A stretch of 64,000 nt of DNA, from the NCBI GenBank assembly GCA_964571285.1, contig CAZNCE010000001.1, forward strand, positions 47,255-111,254, read 5' to 3'. Source of the DNA: an uncultured Nocardioidaceae bacterium (GTDB lineage: Bacteria > Actinomycetota > Actinomycetes > Propionibacteriales > Nocardioidaceae). The position numbers and the translations under genes were made by a program. The notes under the pieces were generated by a model that worked only from the letters and a program-made list of their open reading frames with translations, did no database searches and was not told the origin of the DNA. Below, piece by piece: positions 13,834 through 22,911 of this stretch (position 1 is its first letter; each line of letters starts with the position of its first letter).

Positions 13834-14568
13834 TCAGCTCCGGGCGCGCAGCCCGATCTTCACCAGCGTGGCATGCAACCGGACGGACAGCGCCGCCAAC
13901 TCGGCCACGGTCTGGGCGGCCCGGCCGCGCGCGGACGCGTCGCGCTGGCGCTCCAGCGGTGCCACCACCTGCTCGACCAGGCCGACCTCGCGGTCCGCCG
14001 CGGCCTTGAACGACCGCAGGTGCCGGGGCTCCAGTCCGAACGCCGCCATCTCCGCGACCGTCCGCGCCACCATCAGCGCGTCCACGTCGTAGTGCTCCGA
14101 GCCCGCCCGCCGCCGCAGCAGCCCGTAGGTCTCCAGCTGCTCCAGCAGCTCCTCGTCGGCTCCGGCGGCCTCCATCAGCTCGGTACGAGACAGCCGGACG
14201 TCATCCCGGCCGGACCGGAAGCTCTCTGCGTCGGGCATGCCATCGCCGCTGACCACAACCAGCGGCACCCGTGGACCGCCACCGGGCAGCTCCGGCGGCT
14301 CCAGGCCGCGCGACATCGCGTCCAGGTGGTCCTTGATCACCTTCAGCGGGAGGTAGTGGTCGCGCTGGGCCACCAGCACATAGCGCAGCCGTTCCACATC
14401 GCCGTGCGAGAACTTGCGGTAGCCCGCGGGCGTGCGCTCGGGCTCGACCAGCCCCTCGGTCTCCAGGAACCGGATCTTGGAGATCGTGACGTCCGGGAAC
14501 TCCGGACGCAACTGGTTCAGCACCTCCCCGATGCTCAGGCGCGCGTGCAGCGGGGCGGGCGAGGTCAC
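13834..14568 (-). CDS. MerR-family transcriptional regulator (Rv1828-like)
   Basis: N-terminal HTH LSIGEVLNQLRPEFPDVTISKIRFLETEGLVEPERTPAGYRKFSHGDVERLRYVL. Conserved position next to garA. Confidence 0.85.
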   Translation of the reverse strand: MTSPAPLHARLSIGEVLNQLRPEFPDVTISKIRFLETEGLVEPERTPAGYRKFSHGDVERLRYVLVAQRDHYLPLKVIKDHLDAMSRGLEPPELPGGGPRVPLVVVSGDGMPDAESFRSGRDDVRLSRTELMEAAGADEELLEQLETYGLLRRRAGSEHYDVDALMVARTVAEMAAFGLEPRHLRSFKAAADREVGLVEQVVAPLERQRDASARGRAAQTVAELAALSVRLHATLVKIGLRARS

Positions 14569-14575
14569 CGGGCAG

Positions 14576-15118
14576 TCACCTCACGGCACCGCCGAGACCG
14601 CCACCTCCAGCGGCGCCCACGCCCTGCTGGCTGGCGAAGTAGACCAGCCGGAACTTGCCGATCTGCACCTCGTCGCCTCCGGACAGCGTGACCTCGTCGA
14701 TCCGGTCGCGGTTCACGTACGTGCCGTTGAGGCTGCCGACGTCGCTCACCGTGTAGCCCTCGCCGGTGCGGCGGAAGACCGCATGCCGGCGCGACACGGT
14801 GACGTCGTCGAGGAAGATGTCGCTGTCGGGGTGGCGCCCGGCCGACACCTCGTCGGTGTCCAGCAGGAAGCGGGACCCGGCGCTGGGGCCGCGCTGCACC
14901 ACCAGCAGGGCGCTGCCGGCCGGCAGCGCGTCCACCGCGGCAGCGTCATCGGCGCTCAGCGCGGTCTCGTGCGCGTCGGCGTCGGTCGGCGGCGAGATCG
15001 TGGCCGTCGACTCGACCGGGCGCTCGGTGGCCTTCGGCTGCTCGATGCGGTGACCGCATTGGCTGCAGAACCGAGCGGTGTCGGGATTCTCGTGCCCGCA
15101 CTCGATGCAGAACGGCAT
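14576..15118 (-). CDS. garA: FHA-domain regulator, GarA/OdhI orthologue with an N-terminal zinc-ribbon
   Basis: FHA core GSALLVVQRGPSAGSRFLLD...SAGRHPDSDIFLDDVTVSRRHAVFR...VGSLNGTYVNRD...GDEVQIGKFRLVY closely matches remembered GarA. N-terminus MPFCIECGHENPDTARFCSQCGH. Start trimmed from 15235 to ATG 15118. Confidence 0.85.
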   Translation of the reverse strand: MPFCIECGHENPDTARFCSQCGHRIEQPKATERPVESTATISPPTDADAHETALSADDAAAVDALPAGSALLVVQRGPSAGSRFLLDTDEVSAGRHPDSDIFLDDVTVSRRHAVFRRTGEGYTVSDVGSLNGTYVNRDRIDEVTLSGGDEVQIGKFRLVYFASQQGVGAAGGGGLGGAVR

Positions 15119-15201
15119 CTGGACTCTCCACTTCCCCGCGGCGGTGCTCGACGCGACCGCCAGACCCTGAAGCCTTACTGGAGGGTGACAGTTGAGCTGC
15201 C

Positions 15202-15231
15202 AACCTATGCCGACGAAACCTACCCGGTCAA
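15202..15231 (-). promoter_or_regulatory. Candidate promoter for garA
   Basis: Minus strand TTGACC (15231-15226), an 18-nt spacer, then TAGGTT (15207-15202). Confidence 0.35.
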
Positions 15232-15295
15232 TCAAGCCCAGTCGGGACCGCCCCGACCAGATCCGGCCCCACTCAGCCGGCCCTGACCGACCGGT

Positions 15296-15676
15296 TCAGG
15301 AGGCGTCGATCTGCGCCTGGTACGCGGCCGCGTCCAGCAGGTCCCCCAGGCCGTCGGAGTCCGCCAGCCGGATCTCGAACAGCCAGCCCTCACCGTAGGG
15401 GTCGGAGTTGATCAGGTCCGGGGTCCCGTCCAGGGTCTCGTTCCGGGTCGCGATGGTGCCGGTGGCGGGCGCGAACAGGTCGGAGACGCTCTTGGTGGAC
15501 TCCAGCTCGCCGACGGCGTTGCCGGCGGTGACCTCGGCTCCGACGTCCGGTAGCTGCACGTACACGATGTCGCCGAGCGCGTCCTGCGCGAAGTCGGTGA
15601 TGCCGACCCGAACGGTGTCGCCGTCTCGGCGGACCCATTCGTGGTCGGCGGTGTACTTCAGGTCCTCGGGCACCAT
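15296..15676 (-). CDS. gcvH: Glycine cleavage system H protein
   Basis: 126 aa. Lipoyl-lysine motif GELESTKSVSDL. Confidence 0.95.
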   Translation of the reverse strand: MVPEDLKYTADHEWVRRDGDTVRVGITDFAQDALGDIVYVQLPDVGAEVTAGNAVGELESTKSVSDLFAPATGTIATRNETLDGTPDLINSDPYGEGWLFEIRLADSDGLGDLLDAAAYQAQIDAS

Positions 15677-15690
15677 TGCGTCTCCTGTCC

Positions 15691-16458
15691 TCAGTCGGCG
15701 GGCCGAGCGTACTCAGGGGCTCGCAGCGGCTGCAACGAGGTCACCCGGATGTCGTCGCTCTGCCGGATCAGGACCGTCCCACGCAGCTGCTGCACCTCGT
15801 CTTGCAGACCCCCGGGGAACGTCATCGCGGTGCGCAGGTCCTCCGGCGGACCGATGACGTCGATCACGTAGGGCGCCTGGAGTTTGGCGTCGCCCACCTG
15901 CAGGCCGTTGCCGGTGTCCTCGATCGGGGTGTCGGCCACCACGCGGGCGGTGTTGTTGATCTCGATCGCCTCCGCTCCGGCGTTGCGCATCTCCTGCAGC
16001 GCGTTGAGCATGGTGGTGGTCGTGAGCTCCTCGTACGGGTCGGAGACGGTCACGACAATGCCGGGCCCGGTCGCCGGTACGGTGCCGGCGAGAATGCTGA
16101 GGGTCTCGATCTGCTCCTTGGCCTGCTCCACCGCCGTCGTCCTGCTCTCGCTCGCGCTGCGCAGGGCGTCCCGCCGGTCCTGCAGGGTCTGGATCTGCTC
16201 GCCGACGCGGCGATTGCTCTGCTCCAGGGTGGCCAGCAGGGTGACCAGGTCCTCCCGGCGGGTGTTGGCGAAGTCGCCTTCCTCGTTCAGCGTCTTGACC
16301 TGCAAGACGGCGAGGAAGGCCACCAGCGCCAGCAGCGCGGCGACAACCAGTTGGGCGCGGACCGACAGCCACCGGCGCCGGCGCGCGCGCTTGAGGGCGC
16401 GACCCGGGTCCGAGCTGCCGGGGTCGGTCTGCTCCCCCGCTGAGTGCTGGTCAGACAT
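15691..16458 (-). CDS. DUF881-domain membrane protein (Rv1825-like)
   Basis: N-terminal TM helix, coiled-coil region, then a DUF881-like C-terminus (GPGIVVTVSD...NALQEMRNAGAEAIEINN). Conserved synteny. Confidence 0.75.
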   Translation of the reverse strand: MSDQHSAGEQTDPGSSDPGRALKRARRRRWLSVRAQLVVAALLALVAFLAVLQVKTLNEEGDFANTRREDLVTLLATLEQSNRRVGEQIQTLQDRRDALRSASESRTTAVEQAKEQIETLSILAGTVPATGPGIVVTVSDPYEELTTTTMLNALQEMRNAGAEAIEINNTARVVADTPIEDTGNGLQVGDAKLQAPYVIDVIGPPEDLRTAMTFPGGLQDEVQQLRGTVLIRQSDDIRVTSLQPLRAPEYARPAD

Positions 16459-16497
16459 GGTGGTGGCTGGCGCTCCGTGTGCTCGTCATCTGGTCGG

Positions 16498-16830
16498 TCA
16501 GGCGTGCAGCACGTGCCGGCGGATGGCCGCCACGTTGGAGAAGATCCGGATGCCGAGGACGACGATCACCGCAGTCGACAGCTGGTTTCCCACGCCCAGC
16601 TGGTCCCCGACATAGACGATCAGGCCGGCGATCACCACGTTGGAGAAGAACGAGACCGTGAACACCTTGTCGTCGAAGATGCCGTCCAGGTAGGCGCGGA
16701 GGCCGCCGAACACCGCGTCCAGCGCGGCGACCACCGCGATCGGCAGGTAGGGCTGGAGGCCCAGCGGCACCTGTGGCTCGAAGAACACCCCGACCAGGAC
16801 CCCGATCACCAGGCCGAGGACCGGGATCAC
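16498..16830 (-). CDS. Small integral membrane protein (Rv1824-like, DUF1290-type)
   Basis: Start trimmed to GTG 16830, which forms a GTGA overlap with the stop of the upstream DUF881 gene. 110 aa, three hydrophobic helices (VIPVLGLVIGVLVGVFF...). Confidence 0.7.
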   Translation of the reverse strand: MIPVLGLVIGVLVGVFFEPQVPLGLQPYLPIAVVAALDAVFGGLRAYLDGIFDDKVFTVSFFSNVVIAGLIVYVGDQLGVGNQLSTAVIVVLGIRIFSNVAAIRRHVLHA

Positions 16831-17699
16831 TCCGGCTCCGGGGAGCCGGCGTGGGCGAACCGGAGCGTCCTCGCCGCCCGACCCGGGACCGTGATCGAGT
16901 CCCGCGCCGTGATGTCCATCCTCACGCCGAAGTTGTTCTGAAAGTCGATCCATGCCTGCCCGGCTGCGGTGTCGTAGAAGTTGGCTTGCAGTGTGTCGGG
17001 ATCCCCGATCACCGTGACGACGTACGGTCGCCGCAAGGATACGCCGTTGACCGTGATGGCACTGCTGGCGCTCCGGATCGAGGTCAACGTGATGACCCGC
17101 TGGCTGTTCAGCGCGATCGCCTCCGCGCCGGCCTGCCAGAGCCCATTCACCAGCACCTGCAGGTCGCTGTCGAGGACTTTGCCGCGGTGGCCGAGCGACT
17201 CGTCCTGGGAGTTGTCCACGGTGATCTCGATACCCGGGCCCCTGGCCGGCACCGCCCCGGTGACCAGCTCCAGCCGGGCCAGCTGGCGGCTGTAGCCCTC
17301 CGACAGCTCGGCGAGTTGCCGGCCGGACGCCTCGAGCCCGGCCACCTCGGTGCCCAGTTCGGTCACGGTCTGCCGCATCTCGTCGACCTGGTCGCGCTGC
17401 TCCACGATCTGGGAGATCAGCTGCGAGCGCTCCTCCGCCAGCTCCGGCTGGCGCTGCTCGTTCTGCACCGCCGAGATGCCGAGCATCGCGCCGAACACAG
17501 CCAGCGTGGCCACCACGCCGACGATCGCGATGCCGCGGCCGCGGCGCGGCCCGCGCCCGCCCGTCGGGCCGCCCCGCCGGCGTGCGGCGGTGGCGTAGTC
17601 GGCGTCGACGCTGTTCGCCAGTAGGTCGGTGAGCAGCGACATCGACTCATCGACGCGCCGCGGCGGGCGCGTCGTGGAGTGGCCGGTCCGCGCTCCCAT
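16827..17699 (-). CDS. DUF881-domain membrane protein (Rv1823-like)
   Basis: Paralogous architecture to 15691..16458 (TM helix, coiled coil, GPGIEITVDN...NGLWQAGAEAIALNSQRV). Confidence 0.75.
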   Translation of the reverse strand: MGARTGHSTTRPPRRVDESMSLLTDLLANSVDADYATAARRRGGPTGGRGPRRGRGIAIVGVVATLAVFGAMLGISAVQNEQRQPELAEERSQLISQIVEQRDQVDEMRQTVTELGTEVAGLEASGRQLAELSEGYSRQLARLELVTGAVPARGPGIEITVDNSQDESLGHRGKVLDSDLQVLVNGLWQAGAEAIALNSQRVITLTSIRSASSAITVNGVSLRRPYVVTVIGDPDTLQANFYDTAAGQAWIDFQNNFGVRMDITARDSITVPGRAARTLRFAHAGSPEPE

Positions 17700-17700
17700 G

Positions 17701-18369
17701 TCAGGTCCGCGGCCGGCTCAGCAGCTTGTACACCTGCCAGGCGTACAAGAACCCGCCCCACCAGTACAGCCCGGTCCCCCAGATAGCGAACGCCCAGCCG
17801 AACACGGTGGCCAGCGTGGGCACCGTGCCGGTCCCTTCGCCGAGCAGCAACAGCGGGAACGCGTACAGCAGGTTGAAGGTGGCGGCCTTGCCGAGGAAGT
17901 GCACCGGCAGCCGGTTGTAGCCGCGGGTGCGCAGGAACGGCACCAGCGAGAACAAGAACACGTCGCGCAGCGGCAGGATCAACGCCAGCCACCACGGGAT
18001 GATGTCCCGCAGCGCCAGGCCGATCACCACGGCCAGGATGTAGCACCGGTCGGCGATGGGATCCAGGTACTGGCCGACGCGGGTGGTCTGGTTGAACCGT
18101 CGGGCAAGCTTGCCGTCGAGGTAGTCGGTGATCCCGGACGCGGCCAACACCACCAGCGCCCAGCCGTCTGCGCGCGGCCCCAGCACCAGCCACAGGAAGA
18201 GGGGTACGCCCGCCAGCCGCGCCGCGCTCAGCAGGTTGGGGATGGTGAGCACCCGGTCGGTGACCACACGGTCGTCGCCGCGTTGCACCACCGCGTGAGT
18301 CCTCCCCGAAGCCGGCACCGACGAGTGTGAGGGTAGTACGTCGCGGGGTGGTTCAGCGCGTCGGTTCAC
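17701..18369 (-). CDS. pgsA: CDP-alcohol phosphatidyltransferase (PgsA2-type)
   Basis: Motif [27 protein letters not shown] (D-G-x2-A-R...G-x3-D-x3-D). Multi-TM protein. GTGA overlap with the upstream ADH stop. Confidence 0.9.
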   Translation of the reverse strand: MNRRAEPPRDVLPSHSSVPASGRTHAVVQRGDDRVVTDRVLTIPNLLSAARLAGVPLFLWLVLGPRADGWALVVLAASGITDYLDGKLARRFNQTTRVGQYLDPIADRCYILAVVIGLALRDIIPWWLALILPLRDVFLFSLVPFLRTRGYNRLPVHFLGKAATFNLLYAFPLLLLGEGTGTVPTLATVFGWAFAIWGTGLYWWGGFLYAWQVYKLLSRPRT

Positions 18370-19382
18370 CGCGGGACCACTCCAAGATCGAGCACCGCCA
18401 CCCCGGTCAGCCGGCCGGAGCGGAGGTCACCGAGTGCCCGGTCCGCCGATTCGAACGGGTACGTCGTCGCGTGCACCGCCACCGGGAGCCGCGCGGCCAG
18501 GCGCAGCAACTGTTCACCGTCGGCCCGGGTGTTGGACGTGACGCTGGTGAGGGTCCGCTCGCGGAACAGGTGGCGGTCGTAGTCCAGCACCGGCACGTCG
18601 GTGAGGTAGATGCCGGCCACGGCGAGCGTCCCACCAGGCCCGAGTGCGGCCAGCGCCGGCGGCACCAGATCGCCCACCGGCGCGAACAGGATCGCTGAGT
18701 CCAACGGCACGGGAGGCGCCTGGTACGCGTCCTGGGCGGACGCCGCGCCGAGCGCACAGGCCAGTTGCTGCGCCTCCGGGCCGCGGGTCATGACGTGGAC
18801 CTCGGCGCCCTGGGCAAGGGCGATCTGTGCGGTCAGGTGCGCGCTGGCGCCGAACCCGTAGATGCCCAGTCGTCCGCCGGGCGGCAGCTGCGCGCGACGC
18901 AGCGCCCGGTAGCCGATGATCCCGGCGCACAGCAGCGGTGCCGCCATGACGTCGTCACCGGCATCCGGCAGCCGGTAGGCGTACGCCTCAGGCACGGTCG
19001 CGTACTCCGCGAATCCGCCGTCGGCGTCCCATCCGGTGTACTCAGACGCCGGGCACAGGTTCTCGGACCCGGTTCGGCACCAGGTGCAATGGCCGCAGCT
19101 GCGGCGCAGCCACGCCACGCCGACCCGGTCGCCCACGTCGAAGCGCGAGGCGTTCACCCCGCGCTCGACCACCCGGCCGACGATCTCGTGGCCGGGCACC
19201 CGGCGTGGGGCCTTGGCCGGGAGCTCACCGAGGGCCAGGTGCAGGTCGGTCCGGCAGACCCCACAGGCACTGACCTGCACGAGCATCTCGTCGGGTGCGG
19301 GTGTGGGCACCGGCCGGTCCGCGAGCCGCAGCAGCGGCCCGTCGGGCAGCCCGGTGACCTCCCAGGCCCTCATCGTGCGCAC
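18366..19382 (-). CDS. Zinc-dependent alcohol dehydrogenase (MDR family)
   Basis: [18 protein letters not shown], structural-zinc loop [15 protein letters not shown], and NAD fold [10 protein letters not shown]. Confidence 0.9.
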   Translation of the reverse strand: MRTMRAWEVTGLPDGPLLRLADRPVPTPAPDEMLVQVSACGVCRTDLHLALGELPAKAPRRVPGHEIVGRVVERGVNASRFDVGDRVGVAWLRRSCGHCTWCRTGSENLCPASEYTGWDADGGFAEYATVPEAYAYRLPDAGDDVMAAPLLCAGIIGYRALRRAQLPPGGRLGIYGFGASAHLTAQIALAQGAEVHVMTRGPEAQQLACALGAASAQDAYQAPPVPLDSAILFAPVGDLVPPALAALGPGGTLAVAGIYLTDVPVLDYDRHLFRERTLTSVTSNTRADGEQLLRLAARLPVAVHATTYPFESADRALGDLRSGRLTGVAVLDLGVVPR

Positions 19383-19412
19383 GCCCCCATCGAACAGGGT
19401 CGGTCCAACGTG

Positions 19413-19937
19413 CTAGTGGCCGGTCCGCACCAGCCGGCCCAACTCGGCGCCCCACGCCTCGGCCCGGGCCAGCTCCCCGTCGAGCAGCGGCCCCGGCGTG
19501 TCGGCGACGAAGAAGCTCGTCGGCCGTACCGCCCGGCCGTAGCCCAGACGGCTCGTGACCCGCTCGGCCTTACGGGCTGCCGAGCCGGGCAGCCGTCGCA
19601 CCTTGGCCACCCGGGTGTCGAAGGCCGCGACCCGCTGCACCGGCGCACCGTCGCGGGCAGTGGGCAGCTCGCTCAGCCACTCCCGGAGACCGCGGCTGTC
19701 GCTGCCGTGCCTGGCTCCCTGCCGATGGGCGTCCTGCCTGGTGCTCGCCCGGCTCATCGAAAACGCATGCGTCGGGCCGCCCACGAGGACCAGCTCGGCA
19801 TGGGCCGCCGCGTCGACCGGTACATCGCCCACCTCGCCGACCTCCACCTCCAGCTGGGTGCCCAGGCCGGCGGCGATCGCCTGCGCCACCTGCTCGGTGT
19901 TGCCGAACATCGATTCGTACACCACGAGTGCCTTCAT
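19413..19937 (-). CDS. Flavodoxin-domain protein
   Basis: Start trimmed to ATG 19937: MKALVVYESMFGNTEQVAQAIAAGL, a typical flavodoxin N-terminus. Confidence 0.7.
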   Translation of the reverse strand: MKALVVYESMFGNTEQVAQAIAAGLGTQLEVEVGEVGDVPVDAAAHAELVLVGGPTHAFSMSRASTRQDAHRQGARHGSDSRGLREWLSELPTARDGAPVQRVAAFDTRVAKVRRLPGSAARKAERVTSRLGYGRAVRPTSFFVADTPGPLLDGELARAEAWGAELGRLVRTGH

Positions 19938-20120
19938 GACGGCCTCCTCGCTCCTCGTCGCTTCGTCCAGGCTGCGACCGGGCGCCCGCTCGGGGCAGGC
20001 CCGATAGTCGGCCGGCAGCGGGTCGGAGGTCCCGCCCGTGGGCCCAGCGCAGGACAAAACGCCCACCCGACGGTGCCCCGCCACGAAACGTGACGGGGCA
20101 CCTGAGTTGGGTGGTGGGGG

Positions 20121-20294
20121 TCAGTTCTTGAAGGCGTCCTTGACCTTCTCCCCCGCCTGCTTGAGGTCGGACTTCGCCTGGTCGGTCTTGCCCTGGCGCT
20201 TCAGGGAGTCGTCGCCGGTGGCGTCGCCGACAGCCTCCTTGGCCCGGCCGGCCAGGCCTTCGGCCTTGTTCTGTGCCTTGTCCTCGTTGCCCAC
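20121..20294 (-). CDS. CsbD-family stress protein (57 aa)
   Basis: GTG 20294 preceded by AGGAAGGAAA. VGNEDKAQNKAEGLAGRAKEAVGDATGDDSLKRQGKTDQAKSDLKQAGEKVKDAFKN matches the CsbD repeat pattern. Confidence 0.8.
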   Translation of the reverse strand: MGNEDKAQNKAEGLAGRAKEAVGDATGDDSLKRQGKTDQAKSDLKQAGEKVKDAFKN

Positions 20295-20461
20295 AGCGGT
20301 TTCCTTCCTGCTCGGCGGTGGTCTTGACACTGTGCCCAGCAGCCTCTGGGCTGAATCGTGTGGATTGTCACGATCGTCGCGCCGCGGCGCGGCGATGAGT
20401 CTTCGTCCGGGAGATGGTCTGCACTCCACCCGCCGTTCCCAACCCATTGGACAGGTGCCGC

Positions 20462-21082
20462 ATGCAGCCGGACGAGCACAGCTTCGCGCAACAGACCGTC
20501 TATCCCGACCTGAGCGAGGCCACCGCAGTCGTGTCCGACGTCGTACGGGCGGTGCGCGACGAGCACCTGGCTGTACAGACGCCGTGCGCCGGCTGGTCGG
20601 TGGCGACGGTGCTTGACCACCTCGCGGGGCTCAGCATCGCGTTCACCGACGCCGCTCGGGGCGACCTGGAGGCCGGGAACCGGGCGCCGTCGCCGGACGC
20701 GACGCACCTGGACCCGCGGTTCCGCAGCTCGACCCCGGTTGCGCTCGCCGCGCTGGCGGCCGCCTGGCGTGACCCGTCGGCGTGGTCCGGCATGACCCGG
20801 GCCGGTGGTGTCGACCTGCCCGGCGAGGTCGCCGGCCTGGTAGCCCTGAACGAGGTCGTGGTGCACGGCTGGGATCTGGCCGCGGCCAGCGGGCAGACCT
20901 ACCAGCCGCCGGTGGCGGCGGTCGAAGCGGCGCTGCCGTTCGTCACGGCCAGCGTCCAGGAGAACCCGGAGGGCACGCCCGGCCTGTTCCAGGCTCCCCT
21001 GCTGGTACCCGACGGTGCCCGCCCGCTGGAACGCCTCCTGCGGCTCACCGGCCGGGACCCCGGATGGCGCCCCGGCCCCTGA
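20462..21082 (+). CDS. DinB/mycothiol-dependent maleylpyruvate-isomerase-like metal-binding protein (TIGR03086-type)
   Basis: LAVQTPCAGWSVATVLDHLAG and NEVVVHGWDLA are typical of the family. Start at ATG 20462 (MQPDEH). Confidence 0.7.
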   Translation: MQPDEHSFAQQTVYPDLSEATAVVSDVVRAVRDEHLAVQTPCAGWSVATVLDHLAGLSIAFTDAARGDLEAGNRAPSPDATHLDPRFRSSTPVALAALAAAWRDPSAWSGMTRAGGVDLPGEVAGLVALNEVVVHGWDLAAASGQTYQPPVAAVEAALPFVTASVQENPEGTPGLFQAPLLVPDGARPLERLLRLTGRDPGWRPGP

Positions 21083-21177
21083 CCGATCCCTCGAGTTCCT
21101 GCATTCTCCTGCGGGGCGCCCACCACCGTGGATATTCTGAGCGGCCAATCGAGCGGTTGTCGGGGTGGCGAAGCGCC

Positions 21178-22911
21178 ATGGGCAGCAGGCCTGAGCACGT
21201 AGCGAATGTGGTGGTCGGGTCCGGGTTCGGCGGTTCCGTGACCGCGTTCCGGCTGGCGCAGGCGGGGCAGGACGTCGTCCTGCTCGAACGCGGGAAGCCC
21301 TACCCGCCGGGCTCGTTCGCCCGCACCCCCACCCAGATGAGCCGCAACTTCTGGGACCCGAGCGAAGGCCTGCAGGGGTTGTTCGACATCTGGTCGTTCC
21401 GCGGCATCGAGTCCGTCGTCTCCAGCGGCCTGGGCGGCGGCTCCCTGATCTACGCCAACGTCTTGCTGCGCAAGGACGAGAACTGGTTCGTCACCGAGAA
21501 CACCGATCCCGGCGGCGCCCGGCCGTGGCCGGTCAGCCGGGCCGACCTCGAGCCGCACTACGACGCGGTCGAGCAGATGATCGGCGTGCAACGGTTCCCT
21601 GCGGGTCAGCCGGGATACGAGTCGTCGGCGAAGACCACGGCCTTCACGGCGGCGGCGGATCGCCTGGGCCTGGAGTGGCAGCTGCCTCCGCTGGCGGTCA
21701 GCTTCAGCCCCAACGGCGGCCCCGCTGCACGCGGGCTGCCGATCCCGGACCCTGCCTACGGCAACCTGCACGGCTTGCCTCGGCGCACCTGCATGATGAC
21801 CGGGGCCTGTGACCTCGGCTGCAACAACGGCGCGAAGAACACCCTCGATCACACCTACCTGTCGGCGGCCGCGTTCCACGGTGCTGACCTGCGGACCCGC
21901 TGCGAGGTGCGCTCGTTCGCGCCGCTGCCCTCGGGTGGCTGGCTGGTGCGCTACGTCCAGCACCTTCCGGAGCACGAGGGATCGCCCACCGCCACCCGCC
22001 GGCTGCCGCTGCACGAGATCACCTGCGACCGGCTGCTGCTGGCCGCCGGCACACTGGGCAGCACCTTCCTGCTGCTCGCCAACCGGTCCATGCTGCCCGC
22101 GGCCAGCCCGATGCTGGGCCACCGATTCAGCGGCAACGGGGACCTGTTGGGCTTCGTCCTGGACGCGTACGAGGCCGGACTGGACGGCAGCCTCGGGGCG
22201 TCTTCCGCGCCGGTGATCACCAGCGCGATCAGGGTCGCGGACGCGCTCGACGGCGGGTCGGGCCGCGGCTTCTACATCGAGGACGCCGGCTATCCCGGGT
22301 TCGTCGACTGGCTGGTCGAGGCCGGAGATCTCGGCCGGCAGGTTCGCCGCTGGGCGGAGTTCGCCGTGGAGCGGATCCGGGCCCGGCTGATCGGGGCGCC
22401 GCGCAGCCAGATCAGCACCGCGATCGCGCGGGCCCTGGGACCGGGCCGCGCGTCGGGCGGTGCGATGCCGCTGCTGGGCATGGGCCGCGACCAACCCGAC
22501 GGCGTGATGCGGCTGCGGTCGGGCTACCTGGACGTGGACTGGACGACCGAGACGAGCAAGGACTTCTTCGACGAGGTGCGCGGCACGATGGCCGAACTGG
22601 CCGAGGCCATGGACGGCACGTTCGTCGGCAACCCGATGGACTGGATGCAGCGCGTGATCACCGTGCATCCGCTGGGCGGGGTGCCGATGGGACACGACCG
22701 TACCGCCGGGGTCGTGGACGGCCACGGAGAGATGTTCGGGCATCCCGGGCTCTACGTGGTGGATGGCTCGGTGATGCCCGGCCCGGTCGGCGCGAACCCC
22801 AGCCTCACCATCGCCGCGTTCGCCGACCGAGCGGCCGAGCACATCATCGAGTCGTCCGGCCCCCGTACCCGCAGTGGAACCACCAGGCAGACCGGGAGAG
22901 CGCCGTCATGA
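21178..22911 (+). CDS. FAD-dependent GMC oxidoreductase, cholesterol-oxidase-like
   Basis: Track ORF 20782..22911, trimmed to ATG 21178. VVVGSGFGGSVTAFRLAQAGQDVVLLERG (FAD fold), CMMTGACDLGCNNGAKNTLDHTYL, and C-terminus HPLGGVPMG...YVVDGSVMPGPVGANPSLTIAA. Confidence 0.85.
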   Translation: MGSRPEHVANVVVGSGFGGSVTAFRLAQAGQDVVLLERGKPYPPGSFARTPTQMSRNFWDPSEGLQGLFDIWSFRGIESVVSSGLGGGSLIYANVLLRKDENWFVTENTDPGGARPWPVSRADLEPHYDAVEQMIGVQRFPAGQPGYESSAKTTAFTAAADRLGLEWQLPPLAVSFSPNGGPAARGLPIPDPAYGNLHGLPRRTCMMTGACDLGCNNGAKNTLDHTYLSAAAFHGADLRTRCEVRSFAPLPSGGWLVRYVQHLPEHEGSPTATRRLPLHEITCDRLLLAAGTLGSTFLLLANRSMLPAASPMLGHRFSGNGDLLGFVLDAYEAGLDGSLGASSAPVITSAIRVADALDGGSGRGFYIEDAGYPGFVDWLVEAGDLGRQVRRWAEFAVERIRARLIGAPRSQISTAIARALGPGRASGGAMPLLGMGRDQPDGVMRLRSGYLDVDWTTETSKDFFDEVRGTMAELAEAMDGTFVGNPMDWMQRVITVHPLGGVPMGHDRTAGVVDGHGEMFGHPGLYVVDGSVMPGPVGANPSLTIAAFADRAAEHIIESSGPRTRSGTTRQTGRAPS

